Shown: positions 18,987 to 28,907, counted from the stretch's first letter. The stretch: DNA of 64,000 bases from Vicinamibacteria bacterium (GCA_963668695.2 CAXXLQ010000004.1:1664001-1728000), one strand, 5' to 3'. Notes: generated by a model from the sequence alone, not told the origin. A program made the numbers and translations.

Positions 18987-19766
18987 ATGAACGACAGGGC
19001 ACCGGCCAGCACCCGCGAACTGCTTGACTTCGCCACCGAGATCGCCTGGGAGGCCGGGCGTCTCATCATGCGCCACTTTCAGGTCGGAGTGGGCGTTTCC
19101 ACGAAGCCGGACCGCACTCCGGTCACCGAGGCGGACATTGCCGGCGAAAGGCTGCTCCGGAAGCGGATCGAGGCGAAGTTTCCCGGCCACCGCATCCTCG
19201 GGGAGGAGGACGGCGAGTCCGGTTCCGATCCGACGCACCGCTGGATTCTCGATCCCATCGACGGCACGACGTCGTTCGTTCATGGCGTGCCCCTGTTCGG
19301 CATGCTGATCGGCCTCGAGATCGCGGGCGAGGCGGTGGTGGGGGTCTGCAACATCGCCGGACTCGGCGAAATGGTCACCGGCGCCCGCGGCGAGGGAGCC
19401 TTCTGGAACGGGCGGCCGGCACGCGTCTCCAGCGTGACCGAAATCGGAAACGCCCTTGCCACCACCACCGACCCGGCGACGATCGGTCCCATCTGGGAGG
19501 CGGTCGGCGCGAAGGGTGCGGTCCGCCGCACCTGGGGTGACGCCTTCGGCCACGCGCTGGTCTGTACGGGCCGTTCCGAGATCGGCCTCGATCCGGAGAT
19601 GAAACCCTGGGATTCGAGCCCCTTCCTGCCCATCCTCGAGGAGGCTGGCGGCCGCTTCACCGACTGGGACGGTAACCGCACGATCCACGGGCCGAACGCG
19701 CTGAGCACGAACGGCGCCCTCCACGACGAGGTCCTGGAGTTACTCGCTGAAGTCCACGGGACGTAG
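18987..19766 (+). CDS. Inositol monophosphatase family protein (HisN-like histidinol-phosphatase)
   Basis: PVTEAD, GEE, WILDPIDGT, WD...EAGG motifs. Confidence 0.9.
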   Translation: MNDRAPASTRELLDFATEIAWEAGRLIMRHFQVGVGVSTKPDRTPVTEADIAGERLLRKRIEAKFPGHRILGEEDGESGSDPTHRWILDPIDGTTSFVHGVPLFGMLIGLEIAGEAVVGVCNIAGLGEMVTGARGEGAFWNGRPARVSSVTEIGNALATTTDPATIGPIWEAVGAKGAVRRTWGDAFGHALVCTGRSEIGLDPEMKPWDSSPFLPILEEAGGRFTDWDGNRTIHGPNALSTNGALHDEVLELLAEVHGT

Positions 19767-19835
19767 TAGGGACCGCCGGCCAGTTCTCCCGGTGGGGGCC
19801 TTCAGACCGGCACCGCCCGCCAGCGGCGGGCGAAT
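19764..19835 (+). repeat. GTAG-headed REP-like element carrying an 18-nt oligo insert
   Basis: gtagggaccgccggcc[agttctcccggtggggcc]ttcagaccggca; similar copy at 56967-57045. Confidence 0.65.
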
Positions 19836-19910
19836 GCGCTGCTCCTGAACCCGCGACTTGCAGCAGCGAGATCGCGTACTGCCATCGGTCCTGACCGCGG
19901 AGCTGCGCTA

Positions 19911-21362
19911 TCACGCGGCGATGCATTGCATGATCCTCTTGGTTTCGACGCGAAGCAGCAGTTCGTCGTTCTGCGTGATCGGCCTTCCATGAATCGTGTC
20001 GAGGCGGACTGGTTGCAAGCGCTGGAACGACTCGCGGACACTCTCCGGACGGCCAAAGAACGATCTGAACACCTGTTCCCAGTTGTCTCGCTCACATACG
20101 ACTAGCGCGCAGTCATTGACGTCGGCATAGGCAATCAGGGGGCACGAACGCCCAGCGAACCGACCTGCCGCCTCCTGCTTCGATGTCCACTCGTCATACT
20201 TGTGATCGGGAAGCTGGTGCTGTGGCCAGTCTGGGCCAAACGCTCGGTTCATTTTGCTGTCGATGAAGCGACGCACTTGGCTCTCGAGGCCCTGAAGCCA
20301 TTCGTGGGCCTCGCGGGTGCGGGAGAGGACTTCTGCCTCGTGGGCGGGTTGCGCCGCGGATTGCGGCGGCTCGTAGGTGTCGACCAGGGAAGGAGGTTCG
20401 GATTGAATCGTGGTCGCTGCGGCCTCGCGAAAGGCCGGGGCGGGCATGTCGGTGAGATCCATGTCGAAACCGAGGTCGGCGTAGAACTCTGCGCGAGCAC
20501 TGAGGTCGGTCCAGATTTCGTCTGGCCACGCGATTGCATCGCGCCAATCGCCGAGGCTTGTACGGAGAGTGTTTGCAACGGCAGGCTCGAAGCCCGCCTC
20601 ATGGGCGATGAGTTCGCCGATACTTTGCAAGCTCAACAAACGCTGGACGGAGCCGAGTTCGTTGCCGACGTTGAGCCAAGGGCTCTTGATGGACTCGATG
20701 ACGCGTTCCAGTTCGGTGGTTCCGCCCCATAGCTGGGTAGTGGTCTGCAACTCCGCAATCAGCCTCGAAATCTCCGCCGAGGCCGGAAGGCGGAACTGTT
20801 CGTTGTAGTTGGCCAGCCACTGCTGGGTGAGGCTGAGTTCGTGGCAGAAGCTGGTATCGAAGACCCCCGCACGCTGGAGCTCGTCGAGCGGACTCTCGAG
20901 TGCGCGCAGGAGCTGGCGATTGCTGCCAAGGACGCGGAGAGATCGTTCGGCGGTTCGGAGTTGATCGCAAAGAGCCACGTTGTGTTCGATGATCCGGAAC
21001 GCCCAAGCAGCGCTGGCGGAGATGTTCTGCATTTCTCTGGCCGTGCGGGCAGCTTCCCGAATTACTTCGACTTGGTGTGGGGTGATCTGCTCTATGCGCG
21101 ATGCTGCGTCGATCTCAGCCTGGCGGATCTGCCAGGTCTGCTGCAGGTTGAGCCAAAACTGTGCGGTTGTGTCGAAATAGCGACCTAGGCGAAGGGCGGT
21201 GTCGGCGGTAATGCCGCGGTCGCCGTTCAGGATCGCGGTAACTCGATTAGCTGGTACACCAATCGCTTTCGCCAACGCCCTGGCCGAGAGACCGAGGTCG
21301 TTGAGTTCCTCGCGAAGGATCTCGCCCGGATGAACGGGGGCCATGCCGCTCTTGATGGTCAT
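19911..21362 (-). CDS. higA: HigA antitoxin (HTH) fused to a helical region and a C-terminal Swt1-like HEPN domain
   Basis: PVHPGEILREE...ITADTALRLGRYF..TAQFWLNLQ (HigA); C-terminal LESQVRRFI...GPDW...DNWEQVF...RLDTIH (RxxxxH). Confidence 0.85.
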   Translation of the reverse strand: MTIKSGMAPVHPGEILREELNDLGLSARALAKAIGVPANRVTAILNGDRGITADTALRLGRYFDTTAQFWLNLQQTWQIRQAEIDAASRIEQITPHQVEVIREAARTAREMQNISASAAWAFRIIEHNVALCDQLRTAERSLRVLGSNRQLLRALESPLDELQRAGVFDTSFCHELSLTQQWLANYNEQFRLPASAEISRLIAELQTTTQLWGGTTELERVIESIKSPWLNVGNELGSVQRLLSLQSIGELIAHEAGFEPAVANTLRTSLGDWRDAIAWPDEIWTDLSARAEFYADLGFDMDLTDMPAPAFREAAATTIQSEPPSLVDTYEPPQSAAQPAHEAEVLSRTREAHEWLQGLESQVRRFIDSKMNRAFGPDWPQHQLPDHKYDEWTSKQEAAGRFAGRSCPLIAYADVNDCALVVCERDNWEQVFRSFFGRPESVRESFQRLQPVRLDTIHGRPITQNDELLLRVETKRIMQCIAA

Positions 21363-21378
21363 GTTCGCTGGGCCTCCC

Positions 21379-21657
21379 TCAATGGTAGTCGGCGATCTCT
21401 ACGTCAAATGGACCGTCGTCGGCCCATTTGAAACAGATGCGCCATTGGGCGTTGATCCTGATGCTGTACTGCCCGGTACGATCTCCGCTGAGCCCCTCCA
21501 GCCGGTTGCCTGACAGGCCGGCCAGATCGCGCAAAGCGTCCGCGCTGTTGAGGATGGTCAGCCGACGTGTGGCTTGCCTTTCGAACGCCTGAAACCGCGC
21601 CACACCGGTACCCTCGAAGAATCGCCTAGTGTCCTTGTCCTTGAAGCTTCGGATCAT
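21379..21657 (-). CDS. higB: HigB toxin (RelE/ParE superfamily, plasmid-killer type)
   Basis: MIRSFKDK...GNRLEGLSGDRTGQYSIRINAQWRICFKW...VEIADYH; toxin gene lies upstream of the antitoxin gene. Confidence 0.95.
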   Translation of the reverse strand: MIRSFKDKDTRRFFEGTGVARFQAFERQATRRLTILNSADALRDLAGLSGNRLEGLSGDRTGQYSIRINAQWRICFKWADDGPFDVEIADYH

Positions 21658-21678
21658 GCAGGTCGCGGAGCACAGGAG

Positions 21679-21700
21679 TTATGCGTTACGTAAAGCATAA
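21679..21700. promoter_or_regulatory. Palindromic operator upstream of higB (putative HigA site)
   Basis: TTATGC-G-TTACGTAA-A-GCATAA, a 22-bp near-perfect palindrome 21 nt upstream of the higB ATG. Confidence 0.7.
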
Positions 21701-21885
21701 CATATCTCGTGACGATGGTTGACTCGATGCCGGTGCATGGTGTCTCTTCATGCGCCGAATTGGACCCTTCGCTCTACTTATCATCCCCAATTGATCCCTC
21801 GCGGAGGCTTCTCTCACCCGTCCACTGGCCGGGACGTGGCACCCGAGTGAGTCTTCCGTTCGCGGCTGGTCGTCAGCGCGCCGCT

Positions 21886-22072
21886 CTAACAGCCTGTGGT
21901 GAAACCCATGTGAGCGCCGAGGCCGGTGAGGCGCCCGGCTGACAAGGCGCGTGAGGGAGGAATACCGGGTGTATTTCGACCGAAACGCAACGCAGAACGC
22001 AGCGAAGCGGAGTGGTTCAGCCGGGATGGATCGCCGGTCGAACGCCGCGTGGGTTTTGCCACAGGCTGTTAA
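21886..22072 (+). mobile_element. Minimal 187-bp MITE lacking 18-nt inserts
   Basis: CTAA-CAGCCTGTGGTGAAACCCA ... TGGGTTTTGCCACAGGCTG-TTAA; ~25-bp imperfect TIRs. Confidence 0.8.
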
Positions 22073-22364
22073 CCCGCGCCACCACGTCCCGGACCTGATC
22101 CGCGAATCCCCGCGCGTTTCTCCATCACCTCCGCCTCGTCGAGTGTGGTGATCTCGCCGTCGCGCACCACGGTCCGTCCGTTCACCAGCACCGTCCGGAT
22201 ATCGCTGCCAGGGTCACGTACACGAGGTGGGAATACGGACGGTTGAGCGGGGTCATTCCGGCCCGTCGGGTCTCCACCAGCACGATGTCGGCCATCTTGC
22301 GCACTTCGAGGGAGCCGATGTGGTCCTGCTGGTTGAGCACCCGGGCGCCGCTGATGGTGGCCAT
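22073..22364 (-). pseudogene. Degenerate duplicate of the 3' end of the amidohydrolase gene at 23775-25202
   Basis: MATISGARVLN...IGSLEV..ADIVLVETRRAGMTP...PYSHLVYVT, then a frameshift into GSDIRTVLVNG...EITTLDEAEVMEK. Confidence 0.85.
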
Positions 22365-22400
22365 CCGGAACGCGGGACTTTACGTTCCAGCGGGAACGTC

Positions 22401-23483
22401 TCAGCCGCCCGGCCGGTTGGCGACGATCGCGATCCGGGCGCCGTCCGGACTCACGGCGAGACGGGTGATGCCCTGGACGCCGCGGTCCGAGAAGTCGGCG
22501 ATCTCCGCCCAGTGCGAGCCCTCCGACCAGGAGAACAGGCGCGAGCCGTCGCCCATCAGGATCTCGCCCTCCGGCGTCCACGCGTAGTCCTCGCGGCCCG
22601 GCAGGGTTCGCGTGATCCGCACCGCGGTTATCGCGGCGGGGTCGAGGCGTTCGATCCACCACTCCTCGTCCGAAACCTTGCGCACGAAGGAGATCTCCTC
22701 CGTCCCCGGAATCCGGTGGATGGACCGGCCCGGGCGCTCGGCGACGATCCGGATCTCCCCGCTCAGCGCGTCCCCGACCTGGAGGGTGGGCGGACTGCCG
22801 AGGATGAACATCGCGACGACATGTTCGTTGGCCCACGCGTGGTACCCCACCGGCTCGGCGGTGGCGAAGACCGGCCCCACCGCTTCGCCGGAAAGGTCGT
22901 AGCGCCACAGGTACTGCTTGCCGCGGATTTCGTGGATCGCGGAGAAGGCCTCCTGTCCGGGGATCTGGAGCGCCGAGAACTCGCTCGCCTCCTCCGTGTG
23001 CGTCACCTGCTCAGAGGCTCCGGGGCCGGCGCCGGATCCCGTCCGGGAGGTCACCCCAAGGCGCATGATTTCGGTCTGGCGCCGGTCCAGCGCCGCCGTG
23101 TGGAGGATGGCCGAGCCGTCGAGGAGGAAGCTGGGCTGGTTGTCGTAGGCGTCGCGGTCGGTCGCCTGCTCCAGGTCGGAGATCGAGAGCGCGCCGCCGT
23201 CGCGGACGAGGGTCCCCAGCCAGATGTCGGTGGCGGGTGCCCCCGCGGCCGTCGGCGTGTAATCCTCGGGCGCCGGTCCGATCTCGGGCATCGGCCCGTC
23301 CGGGGGCTCGGCCGGGAAGGAGAGCGCTGAACCCGCCTCCGCGGTCGCCCGCTTCTCGCCGGCTCCCGCCCCCGTCTCGTCACGGTCACCCGTAGCGCAG
23401 CCCGCCAGAGCCACCGTTGCGCATCCACCGAGCAGCAGGGCCGTCGCCAGGCGCGCCGCCCACCGCAGTCTCCGCTGGGTCAT
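22401..23483 (-). CDS. TolB-like beta-propeller lipoprotein
   Basis: Lipobox-like LGGC/LAGC; YDNQPSF, VGYHAW, WTPEG and VSPDG blades. Confidence 0.8.
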   Translation of the reverse strand: MTQRRLRWAARLATALLLGGCATVALAGCATGDRDETGAGAGEKRATAEAGSALSFPAEPPDGPMPEIGPAPEDYTPTAAGAPATDIWLGTLVRDGGALSISDLEQATDRDAYDNQPSFLLDGSAILHTAALDRRQTEIMRLGVTSRTGSGAGPGASEQVTHTEEASEFSALQIPGQEAFSAIHEIRGKQYLWRYDLSGEAVGPVFATAEPVGYHAWANEHVVAMFILGSPPTLQVGDALSGEIRIVAERPGRSIHRIPGTEEISFVRKVSDEEWWIERLDPAAITAVRITRTLPGREDYAWTPEGEILMGDGSRLFSWSEGSHWAEIADFSDRGVQGITRLAVSPDGARIAIVANRPGG

Positions 23484-23574
23484 TCGTTCCGTCCTTCTTC
23501 GTCTTGTGTCGCGGATCCCGTGACCCGCACATTGTCTCCCAAGCGAACCCCGCGGTAGAGCCGCACCGGTGGCG

Positions 23575-23797
23575 TTAACAGCCTGTGGTGAAACTCACGT
23601 GAGCGCCGAGGCCCCCACCGGGAGAACTGGCGGCGAGGCGCCCGGCTGACAAGGCGCGCGAGGGAGAAATACCGAGTGTATTTCGACCGAAGCGCAACGA
23701 TGAGCGACGCATAGCGGCGCGGTTCAGCCGGGATGGATCGCTGGCCGAGCCCCCACCGGGAGAACTGGGCCGCGTCACTCCGTTCGCGGACTGTTAA
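23575..23797 (+). mobile_element. MITE copy with two 18-nt inserts and a variant right end overlapping the amidohydrolase stop codon
   Basis: TTAA-CAGCCTGTGGTGAAAC ... GACTG-TTAA. Confidence 0.7.
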
Positions 23798-25202
23798 CCC
23801 GCGCCACGACCTCGCGCACCTGATCGGCGAAGCCCCGCGCCTTCTCCATCACTTCCGCCTCGTCGAGCGTCGTGATCTCGCCGTCGCGCACCACGATCCG
23901 GCCGTTCACGAGGACCGTTCGAACGTCGCTGCCGCGGGTCACGTACACGAGGTGGGAGTAGGGGCGGTAGAGCGGGGTCATCCCGGCGCGACGGGTCTCG
24001 ACGAGCACGATGTCCGCCTTCTTGCCGACTTCGAGAGATCCGATGCGGTCGTGCAGATTGAGCACCCGCGCGCCGCCCATGGTGGCCATTTCGAACACTG
24101 TCTCGGCAGGTAGCGAAGTCGGGTCCCCGTTCGCGAACTTGTGGAGCTTGGCCGCGGTATCCATCTCTCCGAACATGTCGAGGTCGTTGTTGCTCGCCGG
24201 GCCGTCGGTTCCGAGTCCCACCGGGACGCCGGCGGCGAGGAGCGCCTCGACCGGCGCCGCCCGGTCCGCCCCGAGCTTCATATTGCTCTCCGGGTTGTGG
24301 GCCACCCCCGCGCCGCCCGCTGCGATCCGGGCGATGTCCTCGTCCGAGAGATAGGTGCCGTGGGCAAGCACGGTCCCGGGACGAAGGGCCCCGATGGAAT
24401 CGAGCGCCTCGATCGTGCGCATGCCGATCGCCGCCTCGATCCGCTCGTCCTCGTCGCGCGCTTCGACGACGTGGATCTGGAAAGGCGCGTTGTAACGGTC
24501 CGCGATCTCGAAGGCGGCGCGGGTGGGCTCCAGCGGGGTGGTGTAGAGGGCGTGCGCCGCGGTTCCCGGGATGAGGAGCGGATGGTCCCGATACTTCTCG
24601 AAGAAGGCGTCCGCCTCGGCGAGCGATTCCTCCGGGGTCGCGAAATCGGGGGTCGGAAAGCCGATCACGTGCGGGCCGACCACTGCCCGGATTCCGGCCT
24701 CGATGGTGGCGCGGGCGACCTCGTCCCGGAAGTAGTACATGTCGGTGAAGGTGGTGGTTCCGCTCTTCAGCATCTCGATGGAGGAGAGGAGCGTTCCCCA
24801 GTAGACGAAATCGGGGGCCACGAGTTCGGCTTCGGCGGGAAAGATGTTCTGCTCCAGCCAGTCCATCAGCGGCAGGTCGTCGGCGAGGCCCCGGAGCAGC
24901 GACATGGCGGCGTGCCCGTGGGTGTTGATCAGGCCGGGGATGACCAGTTGGCCGGTCGCATCCAGGGTGGGGATCCCGGCCGGCCGGGGCGCCACCCGGT
25001 CGAAAAGACCAACGATCCGGTCGCCCTCGACCAGCACTGCTCCGCCTTCCAGGATCGTCCCCGCCTCGTCCATGACCACCACCGTGCCCCCGTCGATCAG
25101 GAGGCGCTCCGCGGCCTGAACCTCCGGCGCTTCGGAGCCCGTGCAGGCGGCGCCGGCGAGCGGAACGGCGAGGAGCAGGCTGTGGGTCGGGATCGGAGTC
25201 AT
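23775..25202 (-). CDS. Amidohydrolase, MTA/SAH deaminase (MtaD)-like, with possible lipoprotein signal
   Basis: PGLINTHGH, IHVVE, AHG, HNPESNMKL, GTDGPASNN. Confidence 0.9.
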   Translation of the reverse strand: MTPIPTHSLLLAVPLAGAACTGSEAPEVQAAERLLIDGGTVVVMDEAGTILEGGAVLVEGDRIVGLFDRVAPRPAGIPTLDATGQLVIPGLINTHGHAAMSLLRGLADDLPLMDWLEQNIFPAEAELVAPDFVYWGTLLSSIEMLKSGTTTFTDMYYFRDEVARATIEAGIRAVVGPHVIGFPTPDFATPEESLAEADAFFEKYRDHPLLIPGTAAHALYTTPLEPTRAAFEIADRYNAPFQIHVVEARDEDERIEAAIGMRTIEALDSIGALRPGTVLAHGTYLSDEDIARIAAGGAGVAHNPESNMKLGADRAAPVEALLAAGVPVGLGTDGPASNNDLDMFGEMDTAAKLHKFANGDPTSLPAETVFEMATMGGARVLNLHDRIGSLEVGKKADIVLVETRRAGMTPLYRPYSHLVYVTRGSDVRTVLVNGRIVVRDGEITTLDEAEVMEKARGFADQVREVVARVNSPRTE

Positions 25203-25259
25203 GGAGCGGTCCTTCGGCGGGTGGCGGGAAACCCTACCGGAAGGGAAGCTGCGTGCGCT

Positions 25260-27134
25260 TCAGGCGGGTTCACTGCGAAAGCGGCCCTTCCGGAGCCGGT
25301 TCATCGCCGCGGCGATCTCGTAGCGGCGGGGACGGGCCAGCCAGCCGGGATGAGTGCCGGCGCGACCCTCGGCGGTGAGCGATTCGAGGCCTGCCTCGTC
25401 GAGCCGGGCTTCGAGGGCGTCGAGCAGTTCGCCGACCGAGAGCCCTGCGAATTGCCGAACGGCGACGGCCACGGCGTACCCGGCGGCCCGGGTCTGGCTC
25501 TCGTCGAAAAGCTGTTCTACCGCCCGGAGGTCCACCTCCTCCTCTCCGTAGAGGAGGAGATCGCGCCGCGTTGCCCGGATGCGCGGCGTTCCCTTACGGC
25601 CGGCCGGGTCAAAGCTCTCGGGCTCCGGATGCCGTACCCGGCCGCCGAAGCTCGCCGCGGCGGCCTCGGGAGACCGCCGGGTCGGATATTGAGCCCCCAC
25701 TTCGCGCGCCAGGGCCGTGACCTCGCGCGGCCGGTAGTCCGCCAACTGGATCACGGTGTCGGCGGCGTCGAAGTAGTCCCCGGAGCCGCCCATCACCAGA
25801 ATGGTCGAGACCCGGTGGCTCTCGTAGAGCTCCCGCACCCGGTCGAGGAGGGCGACGATCGGCTCCGCGTCGCGCTCCACCAGCGCCTGCATCCGGGCAT
25901 CGCGGATCATGAGGTTGGTGGCCGAGGTGTCTTCGTCCATCAGCAGCAGCCGGGAACCCGCCTCCAGCGCCTCGACGATCGAAGCCGCCTGACTGGTGCT
26001 GCCGCTCGCGTTCTCGGTGGTGAACGCCGTGGTCGGCCGTCCTCCGGGCAACTCGCGGATAAACGGACTCACGTCCACGGAGGACACCGCGCGTCCTTCT
26101 TCGGCGCGGATCGTCGTGGCGTCGGTCCGGGTCACGACCCGCTCCCGTCCGTCTCCGGGAATGTGTGGGACCACCGAGCGGGCCAGCGCCTGGAGCAGGG
26201 TGGACTTTCCGTGGAAACCGCCGCCCACGATCAGGGTGACGCCTTCGGGAATTCCCATGCCGGAGATCTCCGGGGGGCCGCTGCCGGAGTGGAGCAGCGG
26301 GAGGCTCACCCGCAGCGAGGCCGGGCTCTCGAAAGCGACGACCCCGTCGCGAAGCGGGCGTTCGCTCGCACCGTGCGCGCGCGGGAGCACCGCGCCGTCG
26401 GCGACGAAGGCCGCCAAGCCCCGGGCACCGAGTTGGGAGCGGAGGTGTTCCTGGTCTTCGACGATGTCCACGAAGGACGGTGCGCCTCCGTCGGGCAGGT
26501 TCCGGAAAACGAGCGCCTCCCGGGCGATCCGGGGGAGCTCGCCGGCCAGCAGGTCGGCGGCCCGCTGTCCCAGGATGCGGCGGCCGGCCGCCGGCAGACC
26601 AACCTCGAGACGGGCCTCTACGGAAGCAGGTTCGGTTCCGTCGCCGAAGATGTGGACCGCAGTGCGCTCCAGCACCTCCTGTCTGCCCGCGTCGACCCGG
26701 ACTACCCCGCTGTTCCCCGACCCGGAGCGATTCCCGGAGCGCGGGATCGCCTGGTCCACGCGGCGCGCCAGGTAGTCGGAGAGCCCGATCCGCCGGACCC
26801 GATTCCGGAAGAGCTCCGGCGGGAACCCCGCCACCCCTCCGTCCACCCGGAGCCGGACGCGCGACGGGGGAGCGAAAGGGTCGCGGGCTACCCGGTCCAC
26901 GAAAACGGTGATCCCGTCCCCGAGGGACCATTGCCCTTCGAGGTCCCGGTAGGCCGGGTATCCGCGTCCGTCGAGACGGCAGCACGCGGCGGCGAGATCG
27001 GACCCGTTCCGGCCGGCGCCGCCGCGCTCTCCGCCGCGGGGGAACGGGCCGGCTCGATACGCGGTGATGGGTTTCTCCTCGGGTGCCGGCCCGACGCCAC
27101 GAGACGGGCGGCGCCCCGGATCGGGCGCGATCAT
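25260..27134 (-). CDS. ABC-class ATPase domain protein (ABC_ATPase / MRB1590-like)
   Basis: DPFAPPS, GGGFHGKSTLL Walker A, ASGSTSQAA, LLMDEDTSATN; start uncertain. Confidence 0.88.
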   Translation of the reverse strand: MIAPDPGRRPSRGVGPAPEEKPITAYRAGPFPRGGERGGAGRNGSDLAAACCRLDGRGYPAYRDLEGQWSLGDGITVFVDRVARDPFAPPSRVRLRVDGGVAGFPPELFRNRVRRIGLSDYLARRVDQAIPRSGNRSGSGNSGVVRVDAGRQEVLERTAVHIFGDGTEPASVEARLEVGLPAAGRRILGQRAADLLAGELPRIAREALVFRNLPDGGAPSFVDIVEDQEHLRSQLGARGLAAFVADGAVLPRAHGASERPLRDGVVAFESPASLRVSLPLLHSGSGPPEISGMGIPEGVTLIVGGGFHGKSTLLQALARSVVPHIPGDGRERVVTRTDATTIRAEEGRAVSSVDVSPFIRELPGGRPTTAFTTENASGSTSQAASIVEALEAGSRLLLMDEDTSATNLMIRDARMQALVERDAEPIVALLDRVRELYESHRVSTILVMGGSGDYFDAADTVIQLADYRPREVTALAREVGAQYPTRRSPEAAAASFGGRVRHPEPESFDPAGRKGTPRIRATRRDLLLYGEEEVDLRAVEQLFDESQTRAAGYAVAVAVRQFAGLSVGELLDALEARLDEAGLESLTAEGRAGTHPGWLARPRRYEIAAAMNRLRKGRFRSEPA

Positions 27135-27191
27135 AGTGCGGCACCGGAAGCCGGCAGGACCGCGGCGCGGGAAGTACCATGACCGGCAAGC

Positions 27192-28181
27192 ATGGGATCC
27201 GCTGGCGGAGGGCGTTCGTACTGGGCCGATCAGACCGGGGAGCTGCGTTCCCGGCTGGCCGCCGCGGTGCCGCCTGCCGAGTTGCGGCGGCTCCACCGGC
27301 GTCGGCCGTTCCTTCACTTCCTCGTTCTGGGTTGGCAGTTCCTGCTGCTCTTCGGGGCCGGCGCGGTCGCCTGGAGGGCTTCCGAATGGTGGATCTGGAT
27401 TCCGGCCGCCGTGGTTGTCGGGTTTACGGTCTTCAACTTCACCGTGATGCTCCACGAGGTGGTGCACCTGCTGGTCTTTGGCGGCAGCGGACGCTCCGGC
27501 TACCGGGTGCTCCGCCATCTCTACGCGTTCCCGAGCGGGATCTCGGCGACCCAGTTCACCCGCTGGCACCTCGATCACCACGCCCAGCTGGGAGACGCCG
27601 AGGCGGACCCGAAACGGCACTGGCTCTCCCCGAAACGGAACGCGCGCTGGTTCAAGGCGCTCTACCTGACGCCGGCGCTCATCGCCATCTATTTCCGGGC
27701 CGCCCGCCGTGAGTCAGCGGGTTACCCGGAAGAGATCCGGCGCGCCATCGCGCGGGAGCGCACCCTGACGATGGTGGGACACCTGTTGATCCTGGCCGGA
27801 CTGATTGCCGCCGGCGGATTCTTCGCGGCCTCCAAGGCCTACCTGATCCCGGTATTCCTCGTGTTTCCGGTGGCCTTCACCGTGAACCGGCTCGGCCAGC
27901 ACTACGACATCGTGCCCGAGAACCCGGCGCTCTGGGGCAGCGTGCTGCGGCCGTCACGGTTCTGGGACGTGGCGTTCCTGTGGTCGGGATACCACCTCGA
28001 GCACCACTATTTCCCGCGCGTGCCCTTCTACAACCTCCGGGAACTCCATTTCCAGCTCCGGCCGTTCTTCGACGAAATCGGAGCGCAGCCCACGAGCTAC
28101 GGGAGACTCCTCTGGCAGTGGTTCGTCCACAACCGCGCGCCCCACACCGACTGGAGGAGGCCCGCGGAATCGGCCTCCTAG
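27192..28181 (+). CDS. Fatty acid desaturase family protein
   Basis: Three His boxes HEVVH, HLDHH and HLEHH; TM helices. Confidence 0.92.
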   Translation: MGSAGGGRSYWADQTGELRSRLAAAVPPAELRRLHRRRPFLHFLVLGWQFLLLFGAGAVAWRASEWWIWIPAAVVVGFTVFNFTVMLHEVVHLLVFGGSGRSGYRVLRHLYAFPSGISATQFTRWHLDHHAQLGDAEADPKRHWLSPKRNARWFKALYLTPALIAIYFRAARRESAGYPEEIRRAIARERTLTMVGHLLILAGLIAAGGFFAASKAYLIPVFLVFPVAFTVNRLGQHYDIVPENPALWGSVLRPSRFWDVAFLWSGYHLEHHYFPRVPFYNLRELHFQLRPFFDEIGAQPTSYGRLLWQWFVHNRAPHTDWRRPAESAS

Positions 28182-28608
28182 CAGCCCGTGGTGAAAGCAC
28201 CCCGCACGAGCCCCAGGACGTCCCGCGCGCCGAATCTGGCGGTTTGGGTGCGTGCGGGGCGCTTTCCCCACGGGCAAGCAGCCTGTAGACAGAGTCTCGT
28301 GGCGTTCGAGCGGCGTTGCATCCCGGCTGAACCGCCCCGCTTCGCGTGGCTCATCGTTGCGCTTCGGTCGAAATACACCCGGTATTCCTCCCTCGCGCGC
28401 CTTGTCAGCCGGGCGCCTCGCCCCCACCGGGAGGACTGGCCGCTCTCGGCGCTCACGCCACTCTGTCCACAGGCTGCTGGTGGTGCGAATCGCTGCACGA
28501 TTCGCTCCACCGTCTCTTGTGGGGAGGGGAAACCCCTCCCCACACCCCACCTCCGCGCCGCTACGCGCCGCGAATGGATGCCTTCAGGGTTTCACCACAG
28601 GCTGTTAG
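28178..28608. mobile_element. Composite MITE: outer TIR pair enclosing an inverted inner MITE (~28276-28480) and an 11-bp hairpin
   Basis: CTAG-CAGCCCGTGGTGAAAG ... TTTCACCACAGGCTG-TTAG; inner GCAGCCTGTAGACAGAG...CTCTGTCCACAGGCTGC; GTGGGGAGGGG-AAA-CCCCTCCCCAC. Confidence 0.75.
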
Positions 28609-28664
28609 CGGGTGAGGGCCCGGTTCTCCCGGTGAGGGCGCCCGGCCATGGCAGAATGGGTGTC

Positions 28665-28907
28665 ATGGCCGAGGGAGTCGTGAAGTGGTACGACCGCAAC
28701 CGGGGCGAAGGATTCATCCAGCGCTTCGACGGGCCGGACGTCCACGTGCCGAGCAGCGCCCTGCTGGACCCGGAGCCGGGGTTCCTGATCGAGGGTCAGG
28801 CGGTGGAGTTCGAGCTGCTCAAGATTCCCGGAGGTTTCCGTGCTCGCGGGGTGCGGGTGGTGGCGTCGGGGTTCCGCCGGGGTCCGAAAGCGTCGGCTTC
28901 GCAGTAG
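28665..28907 (+). CDS. Cold-shock domain protein
   Basis: GVVKWY...GEGFI...DVHV...EGQAVEFE. Confidence 0.85.
   Translation: MAEGVVKWYDRNRGEGFIQRFDGPDVHVPSSALLDPEPGFLIEGQAVEFELLKIPGGFRARGVRVVASGFRRGPKASASQ

Noticed and set aside
18009-18990. Overlapping ORFs rich in PTGRTG/QFSRWG/SSPGGG
   Set aside because: They are translations of the 18-nt oligo and MITE in several frames, with no protein signature
24141-27182. 1013-aa plus-strand ORF and other long antisense ORFs
   Set aside because: Shadow ORFs opposite well-supported genes, as expected in high-GC DNA
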